Positions 1 through 9,066 of a stretch of 64,000 bases of DNA are shown one piece after another. Positions within the stretch are counted from its first letter, which is position 1, and every line of letters starts with the position of its first letter. This DNA is from Acidobacteriota bacterium (GTDB lineage Bacteria; Bacteroidota; Ignavibacteria; UBA10030; UBA8401). The notes beneath the pieces were generated by a model that saw nothing but the letters and a program-made list of their open reading frames with translations, made no database searches and was not told the origin of the DNA. Made by a program: the position numbers and the translations under genes. Location of the stretch: positions 1,906-65,905 of the forward strand of contig JBLMZA010000159.1 in NCBI GenBank assembly GCA_050258555.1, read 5' to 3'.

Positions 1-30
1 ATGAGGGAGATGATGCCGCCCCGCACGCAT
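1..30 (-). CDS. 5' fragment of a gene directly downstream of the ECF sigma factor (possible anti-sigma factor), truncated by the window edge
   Basis: An ATG begins 1 nt after the sigma-factor stop and the frame stays open to the edge (MRAGRHHLPH). The product is guessed from position only. Confidence 0.3.
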   Translation of the reverse strand, partial: MRAGRHHLPH

Positions 31-31
31 C

Positions 32-583
32 TCAGATGTCGTGAGCGGAGGCTTCCCATAAAGGATGCAGCATCTGTATGAGCGCCTTGCGCGCCTTGAA
101 CAGGCGCGCCTTCACCGATGATACGCTCGACTGCGTGACGGCGGCAATTTCCTCGTATGACATCTGCTCGTAGACGCGCAGCATGATCGCTTCCCGGAAG
201 CAGAGACGGAGTCGGCTGACGGCGTCTTCGACGATTTCATCGCGCTGTTTGATCATCATCAGCTCTTCCGGCGACTTGCCGTCCGATACGATCGAATCGT
301 CGGCTTCATCCATCTTCCTTCTGGCAAGCTCGTTGAACGCCTCGTTTCGGGCGCAGGCAAAGAGCCAGCTCCGCACCGATTGCCCGTTCCTGATTGCCGC
401 GGCCGATGTCAGGAGCTTCACGAAGACATTCTGGACGATATCGTCCGCGCGATCCCGGTCGTTCAGGAGCCTCGTGCCGTAGCGCCGGATGCGCCCGCTG
501 TAGCGCGTGTGGAGCTGCCGAAATCCGCTCTCATCGCCGCAGCGTACGAGCTCGAGCAATTCCATGTCCGATGGCGTTTCCAA
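32..583 (-). CDS. ECF-type RNA polymerase sigma-70 factor
   Basis: Region 2 (ADDIVQNVFVKL; SVRSWLFACARN) and region 4 HTH (MSYEEIAAVTQSSVSSVKARLFKARKAL). Likely TTG start at 583 or ATG at 565; the ORF-track start at 904 is over-extended. Confidence 0.9.
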   Translation of the reverse strand: METPSDMELLELVRCGDESGFRQLHTRYSGRIRRYGTRLLNDRDRADDIVQNVFVKLLTSAAAIRNGQSVRSWLFACARNEAFNELARRKMDEADDSIVSDGKSPEELMMIKQRDEIVEDAVSRLRLCFREAIMLRVYEQMSYEEIAAVTQSSVSSVKARLFKARKALIQMLHPLWEASAHDI

Positions 584-734
584 TCGATGCTCCGTTCGTC
601 TATTGATAGGACAGATGAAACGGCCGAAAGTTTCCGCTACACGAATATACGCAAAGCATGCATGCGTTCCATGCAGATTTTGCGCACTCTGCGGTCCCCA
701 TGCCTTCAACACGTCCATTTGAAGGAGGAAAAAT

Positions 735-764
735 ATGGCACAATACATGATGGAATATTGTTGA
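735..764 (+). other. Putative upstream mini-ORF (MAQYMMEYC*) with strong Shine-Dalgarno
   Basis: AAGGAGG at 722-728, 6 nt spacer, ATG at 735, TGA at 762-764. Confidence 0.35.
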
Positions 765-798
765 AGCGGAACAGGAACCAACAACAAAGGAGAGAAGC

Positions 799-1623
799 AT
801 GATGAAGAAACAGAATGTATTATCGCTGTGCGCGGCTGCGGCGTTCGGCATCGCCGCCATGGTTTCAGGATGCTCGAAAAGCGATTCGCCCTCCGGTGCG
901 CCAAACGGACTGCAGTCGGTCAACATGAACATTTCATTCTCGAAGTCGCTCTCGTCGGGGCTGTCGAAAGCCTATGGCACCGAGGCGGCCGATTCGATAC
1001 GCATCGACAGCGCGGTGGTGGTGCTGGCGCGTATCAAGTTCGAGTCGCACATCGATTCGGTGAGGATTGACGACGACGGCATGGGCGGCATGGGCGGCGG
1101 CATGATGGGACATGACAACGATTCGGATTATTCATTCAAGGGTCCCTTCGTGATTCATGTGCGCGACACGATCGGCATCAATTTCGCGAACTCCGATCTT
1201 CCTCCCGGCACATACGACGGAATCAAGTTCAAGATCCATCGGCTGATGAGCGGCGAATACCGCGAGGACAGCGACATGCGCCATCACAGGAATATGTTCT
1301 GGAACGACTCTTCGGTGGCGGGATCGAGCGTGACGGTGTGGGGATCGATTCTGAAGAACGGCACATGGACCCCGTTCAAATATGATTTCAATGGCGAAGT
1401 GGAATTCAAGATCAAAGGCAACTTTGTCGTGACGGAAGCGGGAAGCCCGGTCACGATCGCGTTGAACTTCAACATCGCGCGCTTCTTCGTCAGCTCGACC
1501 GGTGCGCTGCTCGATCCGACCGACACATCGGTGCAGAACCGCGAGCAGATCCGCAAGGCGATCTATGCCGCCTTCGGCGCGGGACGCTGCGGCTATGACC
1601 GGGGAGACGGACGCCCGAGATAA
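799..1623 (+). CDS. Lipoprotein of unknown function (possibly DUF4382-like), with a Met/Gly/His-rich loop
   Basis: Signal peptide with lipobox VSGC, SD AAGGAGAG upstream, beta-rich body, GMGGMGGGMMGHD segment. Confidence 0.7.
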   Translation: MMKKQNVLSLCAAAAFGIAAMVSGCSKSDSPSGAPNGLQSVNMNISFSKSLSSGLSKAYGTEAADSIRIDSAVVVLARIKFESHIDSVRIDDDGMGGMGGGMMGHDNDSDYSFKGPFVIHVRDTIGINFANSDLPPGTYDGIKFKIHRLMSGEYREDSDMRHHRNMFWNDSSVAGSSVTVWGSILKNGTWTPFKYDFNGEVEFKIKGNFVVTEAGSPVTIALNFNIARFFVSSTGALLDPTDTSVQNREQIRKAIYAAFGAGRCGYDRGDGRPR

Positions 1624-1645
1624 AAAGCAGGCCAGTGTATTCAAG

Positions 1646-1687
1646 AAAAAAAGCGGAAGCATCCGATATGATGTTTCCGCTTTTTTT
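1646..1687 (+). terminator. Intrinsic terminator (bidirectional-type)
   Basis: A7-GCGGAAGCATC-loop-GATGTTTCCGC-T7 just after the lipoprotein stop. Confidence 0.85.
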
Positions 1688-1720
1688 ATTATGTTCACAA
1701 AAACATTCTCCGGAATTTCC

Positions 1721-2371
1721 ATGACTCCACGCATCAAGATCTGCTGCATTGCATCGCGCGATGAGGCGCGGCTCGCCGTATCCTTCGGCGCATCGGCCCT
1801 CGGCCTCGTAGGCCGCATGCCGAGCGGTCCGGGCCCCATTGCCGATGAGCTCATTTGCGGGATCGCCCGGTCCGTACCGCCGCCGATTGCCACATTCCTT
1901 CTGACATGCGAAACCGAGCCCGGCGCGATCATTGCCCATCATGAACGGACGCAGACGAATACCATACAGCTTGTCGATGCGCAGCGCGAAGAGACCTATG
2001 CCGAGCTCAGGCGCGGGATGCCGTCGGTGAAGCTCGTGCAGGTGATCCATGTGCGCTCTGAAGCTTCGGTCGAGGAGGCAGTGCGGATATCGGAGCATGT
2101 AGATGCGCTGCTGCTCGACAGCGGCAATCCGCTTCTGAAGGTGAAGGAGCTCGGAGGAACAGGACGCGTGCACGACTGGTCGCTGAGCCGTGCCATTGTG
2201 GAGCAATCACGCGTGCCGGTATTTCTTGCGGGCGGACTTCATGCAGAGAATGTGAGGGAGGCGATCGACCGCGTTCAGCCCTTCGGCGTCGATCTCTGCA
2301 GCGGCATCAGGACCGCCGGCGCGCTCGATCCGGAAAAGCTCGAGCGCTTCGTGAATGCGGTTATGCGATGA
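1721..2371 (+). CDS. trpF: Phosphoribosylanthranilate isomerase (stand-alone)
   Basis: KICCIAS N-terminus, IQLVD, ALLLDSG, GGTGRVHDW, VFLAGGL, GVDLCSG motifs of the TrpF TIM barrel. Confidence 0.85.
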   Translation: MTPRIKICCIASRDEARLAVSFGASALGLVGRMPSGPGPIADELICGIARSVPPPIATFLLTCETEPGAIIAHHERTQTNTIQLVDAQREETYAELRRGMPSVKLVQVIHVRSEASVEEAVRISEHVDALLLDSGNPLLKVKELGGTGRVHDWSLSRAIVEQSRVPVFLAGGLHAENVREAIDRVQPFGVDLCSGIRTAGALDPEKLERFVNAVMR

Positions 2372-3482
2372 CCCGATCGATGACGGCGCCTCCGACCATG
2401 TCGTCGCCTTCATAAAAGACGACGGACTGTCCCGGCGTGATCGACCGCTTTGCGGCGGTGAATTCGATGCGGACCGTGCCCGAGCCGTCGGCCGTACCGT
2501 CCAGCTGCGTCACCAGTGCCTCATCGCCAGGATCCTTGTAGCGGATCTTGACGCTCAGCAGCCTGCCCTCACGCAGGTTGTCGTACTTCTGCAGGTTCAG
2601 CTGCGTCGCCGTGAGCGCCGTCCGGTAGAGATCCTTTTCATATCCCACGTTGATGATATTCTCTTTGTAGTTGATCTCCGTCACATAGAGCGGATCGGGA
2701 TGCGCGACGCCGAGTCCCTTTCGCTGACCGATGGTGTAGAAGGGGAATCCGCGATGGCGGCCGATCTTTTTTCCGTCGAGCATGATGCTGCCGCCGTGCA
2801 CCTTCGTGTCGAGATCGGGCATCTTGTGCTTGAGGAACCGCTCGTAATTGTTGTCCGTGATGAAGCAGATCTCGAAACTTTCGCCCTTCGCCGCCGTCCG
2901 CAATCCGAATCTCTCGGCAATGGCACGGACCTCAGGCTTCGTCAGTTCAGCCAGCGGGAAGAGCGTGCGGCCGAGCGATTCCTGCGATACGTTCCAGAGC
3001 ATGTACGACTGATCCTTGGTATGATCCTTCCCGCGTGAAATGACATGACGGCCCGTCGACTCGTCCGTGCGAAGCCGGGCATAGTGGCCCATGGCCACGT
3101 AATCGGCGCCGAGCTGACGGCCCTTGCGCAGCAGTTCCTCCCATTTGATCTTCCGGTTGCAGATGACGCACGGATTCGGCGTGCGTCCGTGCATGTACTC
3201 GTCGATGAAATTGTCGATGACGCTGCGGCCGAAGACGTCGGAGAAATCGAGGACGTAATGCGGAAAACCGAGCTGGGATGCGATGATGCGCGCATCGTTG
3301 ATGCCGTCGAGCGAGCAGCAGCTCTTGTCGCCTTCGATCGTTCCGCCGACGTCGTCGTAATTGAATGTCTTGATCGTGATGCCGATGACGTTCCAGCCCT
3401 GCTCGACCAGCAGCGCCGCCGCGACGGACGAATCGACGCCGCCGCTCATGCCCACCACGACTGTTTTTTTCTGTGTGCTCAT
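2361..3482 (-). CDS. mnmA: tRNA 2-thiouridine(34) synthase
   Basis: GMSGGVDSS PP-loop, TPNPCVICN, KDQSY, ESFEICF, TPGQSVVFY. Confidence 0.97.
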   Translation of the reverse strand: MSTQKKTVVVGMSGGVDSSVAAALLVEQGWNVIGITIKTFNYDDVGGTIEGDKSCCSLDGINDARIIASQLGFPHYVLDFSDVFGRSVIDNFIDEYMHGRTPNPCVICNRKIKWEELLRKGRQLGADYVAMGHYARLRTDESTGRHVISRGKDHTKDQSYMLWNVSQESLGRTLFPLAELTKPEVRAIAERFGLRTAAKGESFEICFITDNNYERFLKHKMPDLDTKVHGGSIMLDGKKIGRHRGFPFYTIGQRKGLGVAHPDPLYVTEINYKENIINVGYEKDLYRTALTATQLNLQKYDNLREGRLLSVKIRYKDPGDEALVTQLDGTADGSGTVRIEFTAAKRSITPGQSVVFYEGDDMVGGAVIDRVIA

Positions 3483-3491
3483 CTTAATAAT

Positions 3492-3519
3492 ATAATAAAA
3501 TACCGGATTAAAATGTCAA
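3492..3519 (-). promoter_or_regulatory. Putative sigma70 promoter for mnmA (near-leaderless)
   Basis: On the minus strand TTGACA-N16-TATTAT, ending 9 nt before the mnmA ATG. The -35 lies inside the end of the upstream gene. Confidence 0.45.
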
Positions 3520-5427
3520 ATCCGCCTGGAATGCCACCTCCGGCGCCGTGTTGCCCAATATTTCATCGTCGCCCGAACCCATCGTCTCCACGTTCCATTT
3601 CGACAAAAGTCCGTAGCGCAGCGTGAAGGCCATGCCCGAAACCGGAGCGTAATCGGCCATAACGAACATCCGCACGCCCTTTCCCGATAGCAGCGACGTC
3701 GAAGCCGATCCGCGTATATCCGGCTCGTACACCGACAACGCCGCGTCGGCCGAGCCGGTATCGAAAAAGACCGCGCCCGCGGCAAGCGTCAGGCCCGCCC
3801 CCGAAAAACGCTTCGACACATCCGTCGCGGCAAGCAGGCCTTTTTCCGTCTGCGGAGCGATGGCATACGACACGCGCGTGAACTGGATGCGCTGCGTAAG
3901 CGTGTAGCGCAGCGGACTCGTATAGCGCACCATGAACCGCATTGTGGTCTGCCGTCGATCATCCAGGATGCCGGCCGCCGCGCCCTCCGGCACCACCAGT
4001 TTCGTGCGCGTCTTGTATTTCATCTGCGCGGAATAGGTGAAATTTTTCGCGGCCATGCCATCGGCACGCAGCAGGTATTCCACGCCCCTGCGCGTGAAGA
4101 GTTCGGGATCGGTGATCGAGAAATGATCGACATACGAGAAGAGTCCGACTTCCTTCGCGATATTCCAGTCGAATCCGAAATACATGCCGCGTTCACCGTT
4201 CACGATTCCGCGCTCGCCGAATGCATGGGCGAAGGGATTGTTGTACGTGTCGGCATAGGATCGGAGATGGACCGCAAAGGCGAAGGTGCGCGCGGCGCGG
4301 TAGACCGTGCCGATCACGGCGCTCAGCGACCGAGCCGTGTGTCCGGCGACCTCGCCGAAGACTGAATAGGGCGCACGCGAATACGAGAACGAACATCCCG
4401 CCGCCTTCATCGATCCGCCTTCGAAGGCATAGGGACTCGATGCCGCAAGCGGCCTGTCGTATTTCGCCAACGCCGTGGTGAACGTTACTTCGGCCGATTC
4501 GAAGGGGCGCGCAGCGGCGATGAATCCGGCAGATTGCTCCGTCACGGCGTCGATCTTGCTGATTTCATTTTGCGTGCGGAAAAGACCCGAGGTAAAGAAG
4601 CTCGTGACCGTTCCCGATTCATCCATCGTGGCGGGAAGATTGCGGTGCGAGAGGAATCCGGTGAACGACCAGATGCCGTATGCGGCCGTGGCGGCCGCGC
4701 CGCGGAAGTAATGAAATTCGTCGCGCGAGAGATAGGGCAGCAATTCCGCCCCGTAATGTTTCGTCTGCGAGACGGAGATCGTTCCTTTGGAAAACAGCGA
4801 CGAGCGCGACAGGACGAGTCCTTCGCCGGCATTCACTGAAAACATGCCGGCAACGGCGTCTCTCAGAATGCCGAGATCGCCGGCCGCAACATAGCCCACG
4901 GCATGGCCGTTGCGGAACAGCTCGCCCGTATCGTGCTCGAGCAGGAAGCCCGCCGACACCGGCTGTGCATCGATCCTGAGCCGCTGTATGGAATGAAAGG
5001 GGGACCCCGTCCATTTGTGATCGCGCATGCCGCGGGTTTCGGCGAATGAATTTTCGATCGTGGATCGCAGTGCGACATGCATCGATCTCCACCATGGTCC
5101 ATCCTCCTCGGACGCAAGCGGAAAGGCGATGGACTCCATCGTCGGCGCGGCATCGTCGATGGAATCAGTGCCGATGCGCGCGGCATTTCCGGAAAGCGGA
5201 GAGGCCGAAAGCAGGCGCAGGGGATTCCCGCCGCCGGTGAATCGGCCATCCGCCCGGTGTCCCAGGTAATAGTCCATTTCATCGAGAAAGACCGATGCGC
5301 CGATGCGGTCTTCTCCGGCTTCTTCAAGCATCGATTCGATCATGGGAATGGCCCGCCGTATGGAATCGGGCGGCGTCTGCGCCCATGCGGTCGAGAGGAT
5401 GCACACGAATGCGGCGATCGTTTTCAT
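3508..5427 (-). CDS. Large outer-membrane protein of the FCB 'ComEA/helix-hairpin-helix domain' family, HhH apparently degenerate
   Basis: Signal peptide; family-like segments (KWTGSP, EHDTGE, GEGLVL, NGERGMY, SVYEPD); beta-barrel C-terminus FQADLTF. Confidence 0.6.
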   Translation of the reverse strand: MKTIAAFVCILSTAWAQTPPDSIRRAIPMIESMLEEAGEDRIGASVFLDEMDYYLGHRADGRFTGGGNPLRLLSASPLSGNAARIGTDSIDDAAPTMESIAFPLASEEDGPWWRSMHVALRSTIENSFAETRGMRDHKWTGSPFHSIQRLRIDAQPVSAGFLLEHDTGELFRNGHAVGYVAAGDLGILRDAVAGMFSVNAGEGLVLSRSSLFSKGTISVSQTKHYGAELLPYLSRDEFHYFRGAAATAAYGIWSFTGFLSHRNLPATMDESGTVTSFFTSGLFRTQNEISKIDAVTEQSAGFIAAARPFESAEVTFTTALAKYDRPLAASSPYAFEGGSMKAAGCSFSYSRAPYSVFGEVAGHTARSLSAVIGTVYRAARTFAFAVHLRSYADTYNNPFAHAFGERGIVNGERGMYFGFDWNIAKEVGLFSYVDHFSITDPELFTRRGVEYLLRADGMAAKNFTYSAQMKYKTRTKLVVPEGAAAGILDDRRQTTMRFMVRYTSPLRYTLTQRIQFTRVSYAIAPQTEKGLLAATDVSKRFSGAGLTLAAGAVFFDTGSADAALSVYEPDIRGSASTSLLSGKGVRMFVMADYAPVSGMAFTLRYGLLSKWNVETMGSGDDEILGNTAPEVAFQADLTF

Positions 5428-6243
5428 GGGTCGATTGAAATCCCGAATGTATGTGTGAGGCCGAGTTCCTGATGCGTGACGACGGCATACTGTATTTCGA
5501 ATGCGGAAAGCCGGATCCCGAGTCCGCCATACAATCGCGCCGGTCCTGTCGATGCGCCGGTGCGAAGCAGAAGGAAACTGACCGGCGAGGCTTCCACGCC
5601 GGCATGAACGGATTCGGGATAGCGGACATCCTTGACGATGTCGAGCGCGAAGCGCGCCTGCGTGCCGAAGGCGTACGACATGCCGAGCATGACGATGCGC
5701 GGAAGCTCATCGTTGTTCGAGCCGATGGCCGGATGGTTCACATTGAGAACCGATGCGCCGAGCGTGAGTCCGGTGACGGGTGAAGCCTGGATGCCGAGAT
5801 CGATTCCCGATGCATGCGCCGAGCCGTAGCGCTCGATCGAGAGCGCATTATAGGAATACGAAATGCCGGCGGCGAACGCCTCGTCGAGTTTCACGGCATA
5901 TGTCAGCATGAGCGCATGCTCACGGTAGAGGGAAGATCCGAACCGGGTGGCCGTGCACTGAAGCGTTCCAAAGTGAAAGGGCATGGCGGCAGACATGCCG
6001 ATGCGCGAGAGTTCCGGCAGGCCGAATGGGGAGGGTGAATGAAACAGCGAGAGATGCACCGAAGTGATGCCGGCAGGGGAAGCGGGATTCTTTTGGACGC
6101 AATCGGCGTCGGTTCCGGCGCATCCTGCCAGTGCGCGCCCGGCCAGCGATGCGGGCTGTGCCAGGCGCTCGAAGCTCGCCCATGCACAGTCGGCAGCGGA
6201 GAAGAACGCAAGAGTCACCAGGCAGGCGGAGAAACATCCGAAA
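5424..6243 (-). CDS. Outer-membrane beta-barrel (PorV/FadL-like superfamily); start codon uncertain
   Basis: NPASPA motif, alternating beta-strands, ends LTHTFGISIDP. Its stop overlaps the next gene's start. No clean in-frame ATG near the signal peptide. Confidence 0.6.
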
Positions 6244-6264
6244 TGAAATGCCGGCGTTGCGCTC

Positions 6265-6293
6265 TTGAATGCCGAGGAAGAAGTTTCTATATT
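6265..6293 (+). promoter_or_regulatory. sigma70-type promoter
   Basis: TTGAAT-N17-TATATT, 37 nt before the ATG at 6331. Confidence 0.6.
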
Positions 6294-6330
6294 TCCTGCA
6301 CACTCCACCACATGTTTCGAAAGGATCCGT

Positions 6331-7233
6331 ATGCGATTGGCCGCCGTTTTCATCATTGTTGCCGCCTTTCTCTCCATGACACGGACCGCCTCGGCGCAGA
6401 TCGACTGCCAGGTGACGGTCAACATGGACAAGATACAGGGAACCAACAAAGACCAGCTTCAGAACTTTGCGCAGGACATACAGACGTACATCGCTTCCAA
6501 CAAATGGGCCGCCGACGATTACGACGGCGACAAGATCAAATGCACGATGAACATCTTCTTCCTTTCGCAGCCGAGCGAGAACAGCTACACGGCGCAGGTG
6601 TTCATCGGAAGCCAGCGTCCGATCTACAAGGATCCGCAGGGCAAATCGACGGCCATGCTTCGCATTGTCGACGACCGCTGGGACTTCATCTACGAGAAGG
6701 GGCGTCCCATCTACCGCGACGACCAGCGCTTCGATGCCCTCACCGATTTCATCGATTACTACATGTACCTCATCGTCGGCTTCGACTACGATTCGTACGG
6801 TCCCGGCGACGGCACGAAATATTTCCAGAAATGCTTCAACTTCTGCAATCAGGCGCCGTCCAGTGCGAAAGGCTGGGATCTGCTGCCGTCGGGTTACAGC
6901 CGCCGCGGACTCGTCGAGGACCTGCTCAATCCGAAGTATCAGCCGTTCCGCGAGGGATTTTATCTCTATCATTACAAAGGCCTGGACCTGCTGGCCAGAA
7001 AGCCGGCCGATGCCTACAAGAACATGCTGGCGTTTCTCCGGAGCATCGCCGAGCAGAAGAAGATCGGAAATCCGCGCGCGCTGATCTTCAAGAATTTTTT
7101 CGATGCGAAATACATGGAGCTGGCAGACATCTTCAAGACCTATGAGGATGCCAAGAGCGCATACCAGTTGCTCATACAGGTCGATCAGGCGCATCAGTCG
7201 GCATACGAGGAAGCGGCGCGCAAAACGCGGTGA
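6331..7233 (+). CDS. DUF4835 family protein (T9SS PorD-like)
   Basis: Signal peptide then QIDCQVTVN; AQVFIGSQRPIY; FIDYYMYLIVGFDYDSY; GFYLYHYKGLD, all recognised as DUF4835. Confidence 0.8.
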   Translation: MRLAAVFIIVAAFLSMTRTASAQIDCQVTVNMDKIQGTNKDQLQNFAQDIQTYIASNKWAADDYDGDKIKCTMNIFFLSQPSENSYTAQVFIGSQRPIYKDPQGKSTAMLRIVDDRWDFIYEKGRPIYRDDQRFDALTDFIDYYMYLIVGFDYDSYGPGDGTKYFQKCFNFCNQAPSSAKGWDLLPSGYSRRGLVEDLLNPKYQPFREGFYLYHYKGLDLLARKPADAYKNMLAFLRSIAEQKKIGNPRALIFKNFFDAKYMELADIFKTYEDAKSAYQLLIQVDQAHQSAYEEAARKTR

Positions 7234-7326
7234 GCGGTCCCTCGCGATTCCTGCCTGCGCCTTCGTCTTTTGACGGCAGCGTACGGGAAAAGACGCTGAG
7301 AGGCAAGTTAGAAATTTCTTATGAAG

Positions 7327-7362
7327 AGGCATGGCGTGCACACAGTGCGTCATGCCTTTTTT
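7327..7362 (+). terminator. Intrinsic terminator
   Basis: AGGCATGGCG...CGTCATGCCT stem followed by a T-run. Confidence 0.7.
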
Positions 7363-7467
7363 ATTGTGAATCCGATTGCATTTTTGTGAAATAACTCGGA
7401 CATTTAAAGGATATCCATCATAGGTATACAGCCATCTCCAGAACCTACCTAACCACGAGGAACTACA

Positions 7468-8961
7468 ATGTCGTTGAAATTTATGTCGGCTGAGGAAGCC
7501 GCAAGCCATATCAACCACGGCGATACCGTGGGCTTTTCAGGATTTACTCCCGCCGGTGCGGTGAAAGCCATACCGAAAGCCATCGCAGCGCGCGCCGTTG
7601 CATTCCATGCCGAAGGCAAGCCCTTCAAGATCGGCGTCATGACCGGCGCATCGACAGGCGACTCGCTCGACGGCCAGCTGGCCCGTGCCGAAGCGGTTTC
7701 GTTCCGTACGCCGTACCAGTCGAACGGAGACATGCGCAAGCTCATCAACAGCGGCAAGGCGGAATTTTTTGATATGCATTTGTCGCAGGTGGCGCCCAAC
7801 ATCCGGTTCGGCTTTTTCGGAAAGATCCATTGCGCCATCGTCGAAGCCTGCGACGTGAGCGAAAACGGCGAGATCGTTCTCACCTCGTCGGTGGGCAACA
7901 CGCCCACGTACTGCCGCGTGGCCGACAAGATCTTCATCGAACTCAACCGGAAACATCCCAAGGCATTGCGCGGCATGCACGATGTCTACGAGCCTGCCGA
8001 TCCGCCGTACCGCCGCGAGATACCGGTGTATGCGCCGTCGGACCGCATCGGCACGGAGGTCGTGAAAGTCGATCCGTCGAAGATCATCGGCATCGTCGAA
8101 ACGGATCTGCCGGATGAAAGCGGCAAGTTCGCCGAGAGCGATGAAGTGACGAACCGCATCGGCGAAAACGTCGCCGATTTTCTCGCGCGCGAGCTGAAGG
8201 ACGGACGCATTCCGTCGTCGTTCCTTCCCATCCAGTCCGGCGTGGGCAACATCGCCAACGCCGTGCTCGGCGCGCTGGGAGCGAATCCGCACATTCCGGC
8301 GTTCAATATGTATACGGAAGTGGTGCAGGACGCCGTGATCGAGCTCATGAAGAAGGACCGCGTGAAATTTGCGAGCACCTGCGCGCTCACGGTGAGTCCG
8401 GAAGTGCTGAGCGAGGTCTATTCGAACCTCGATTTCTTTCATTCGCGCGTCCTGCTTCGGCCGCAGGAGATCTCGAACAGCCCGGAAGTGGCGCGCCGCC
8501 TCGGCATCATCTCGATCAATACGGCGCTCGAAGCCGACATCTTCGGCAACGTGAATTCGACGCAGGTGCTGGGAAGCAAGATGATGAACGGCATCGGCGG
8601 ATCGGGTGACTTCACGCGCAACGCCTACATCTCGATCTTCACGTGCCCCTCGGTGGCCAAGGACGGCAAGATCAGCACGATCGTGCCGATGGCCTCGCAC
8701 GTCGACCACAGCGAACATTCGGTGCAGGTCTTGATCACCGAGCACGGCGTGGCCGATCTGCGCAGGAAATCGCCGAGCCAGCGCTTCGAAGCGATCCTGA
8801 ACAACTGCGTGCATCCTGAATACCGCGAGCAGCTGTGTGAATATTACAATCTCGGCGGAGCCGCGCACACGCAGCAGTCGCTGCATGCGGCCTTCGGCAT
8901 GCACGAGCAGTTCATGAAGACCGGGGATATGCGCAACGTGAACTGGGCGGAATACAAGTAA
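7468..8961 (+). CDS. Acetyl-CoA hydrolase/transferase family, succinate CoA-transferase (ScpC/AarC-like)
   Basis: GFSGFTPAG, GASTG, DMHLSQ, IQSGVGN, catalytic Glu in YTEVVQD, MMNGIGGSGDFTRNA, SHVDHSEH. Confidence 0.92.
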   Translation: MSLKFMSAEEAASHINHGDTVGFSGFTPAGAVKAIPKAIAARAVAFHAEGKPFKIGVMTGASTGDSLDGQLARAEAVSFRTPYQSNGDMRKLINSGKAEFFDMHLSQVAPNIRFGFFGKIHCAIVEACDVSENGEIVLTSSVGNTPTYCRVADKIFIELNRKHPKALRGMHDVYEPADPPYRREIPVYAPSDRIGTEVVKVDPSKIIGIVETDLPDESGKFAESDEVTNRIGENVADFLARELKDGRIPSSFLPIQSGVGNIANAVLGALGANPHIPAFNMYTEVVQDAVIELMKKDRVKFASTCALTVSPEVLSEVYSNLDFFHSRVLLRPQEISNSPEVARRLGIISINTALEADIFGNVNSTQVLGSKMMNGIGGSGDFTRNAYISIFTCPSVAKDGKISTIVPMASHVDHSEHSVQVLITEHGVADLRRKSPSQRFEAILNNCVHPEYREQLCEYYNLGGAAHTQQSLHAAFGMHEQFMKTGDMRNVNWAEYK

Positions 8962-8991
8962 GACATCATAGACATCGATACTTCTTCAAGA

Positions 8992-9021
8992 CGCCGGGAG
9001 GACCGTTGGCGCCTCCCGGCG
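8992..9021 (+). terminator. Hairpin / probable terminator
   Basis: CGCCGGGAGG-N10-CCTCCCGGCG after the CoA-transferase stop; weak U-tract. Confidence 0.55.
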
Positions 9022-9066
9022 CATTATTACAATCCATACGATAGATAGCATACCATTTCAAATTCT

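Noticed and set aside
5424-6449. Possible frameshift or pseudogene at the 5' end of the barrel gene (no ATG near the signal peptide)
   Set aside because: The frame is open and GTG starts are available; there is not enough evidence of disruption.
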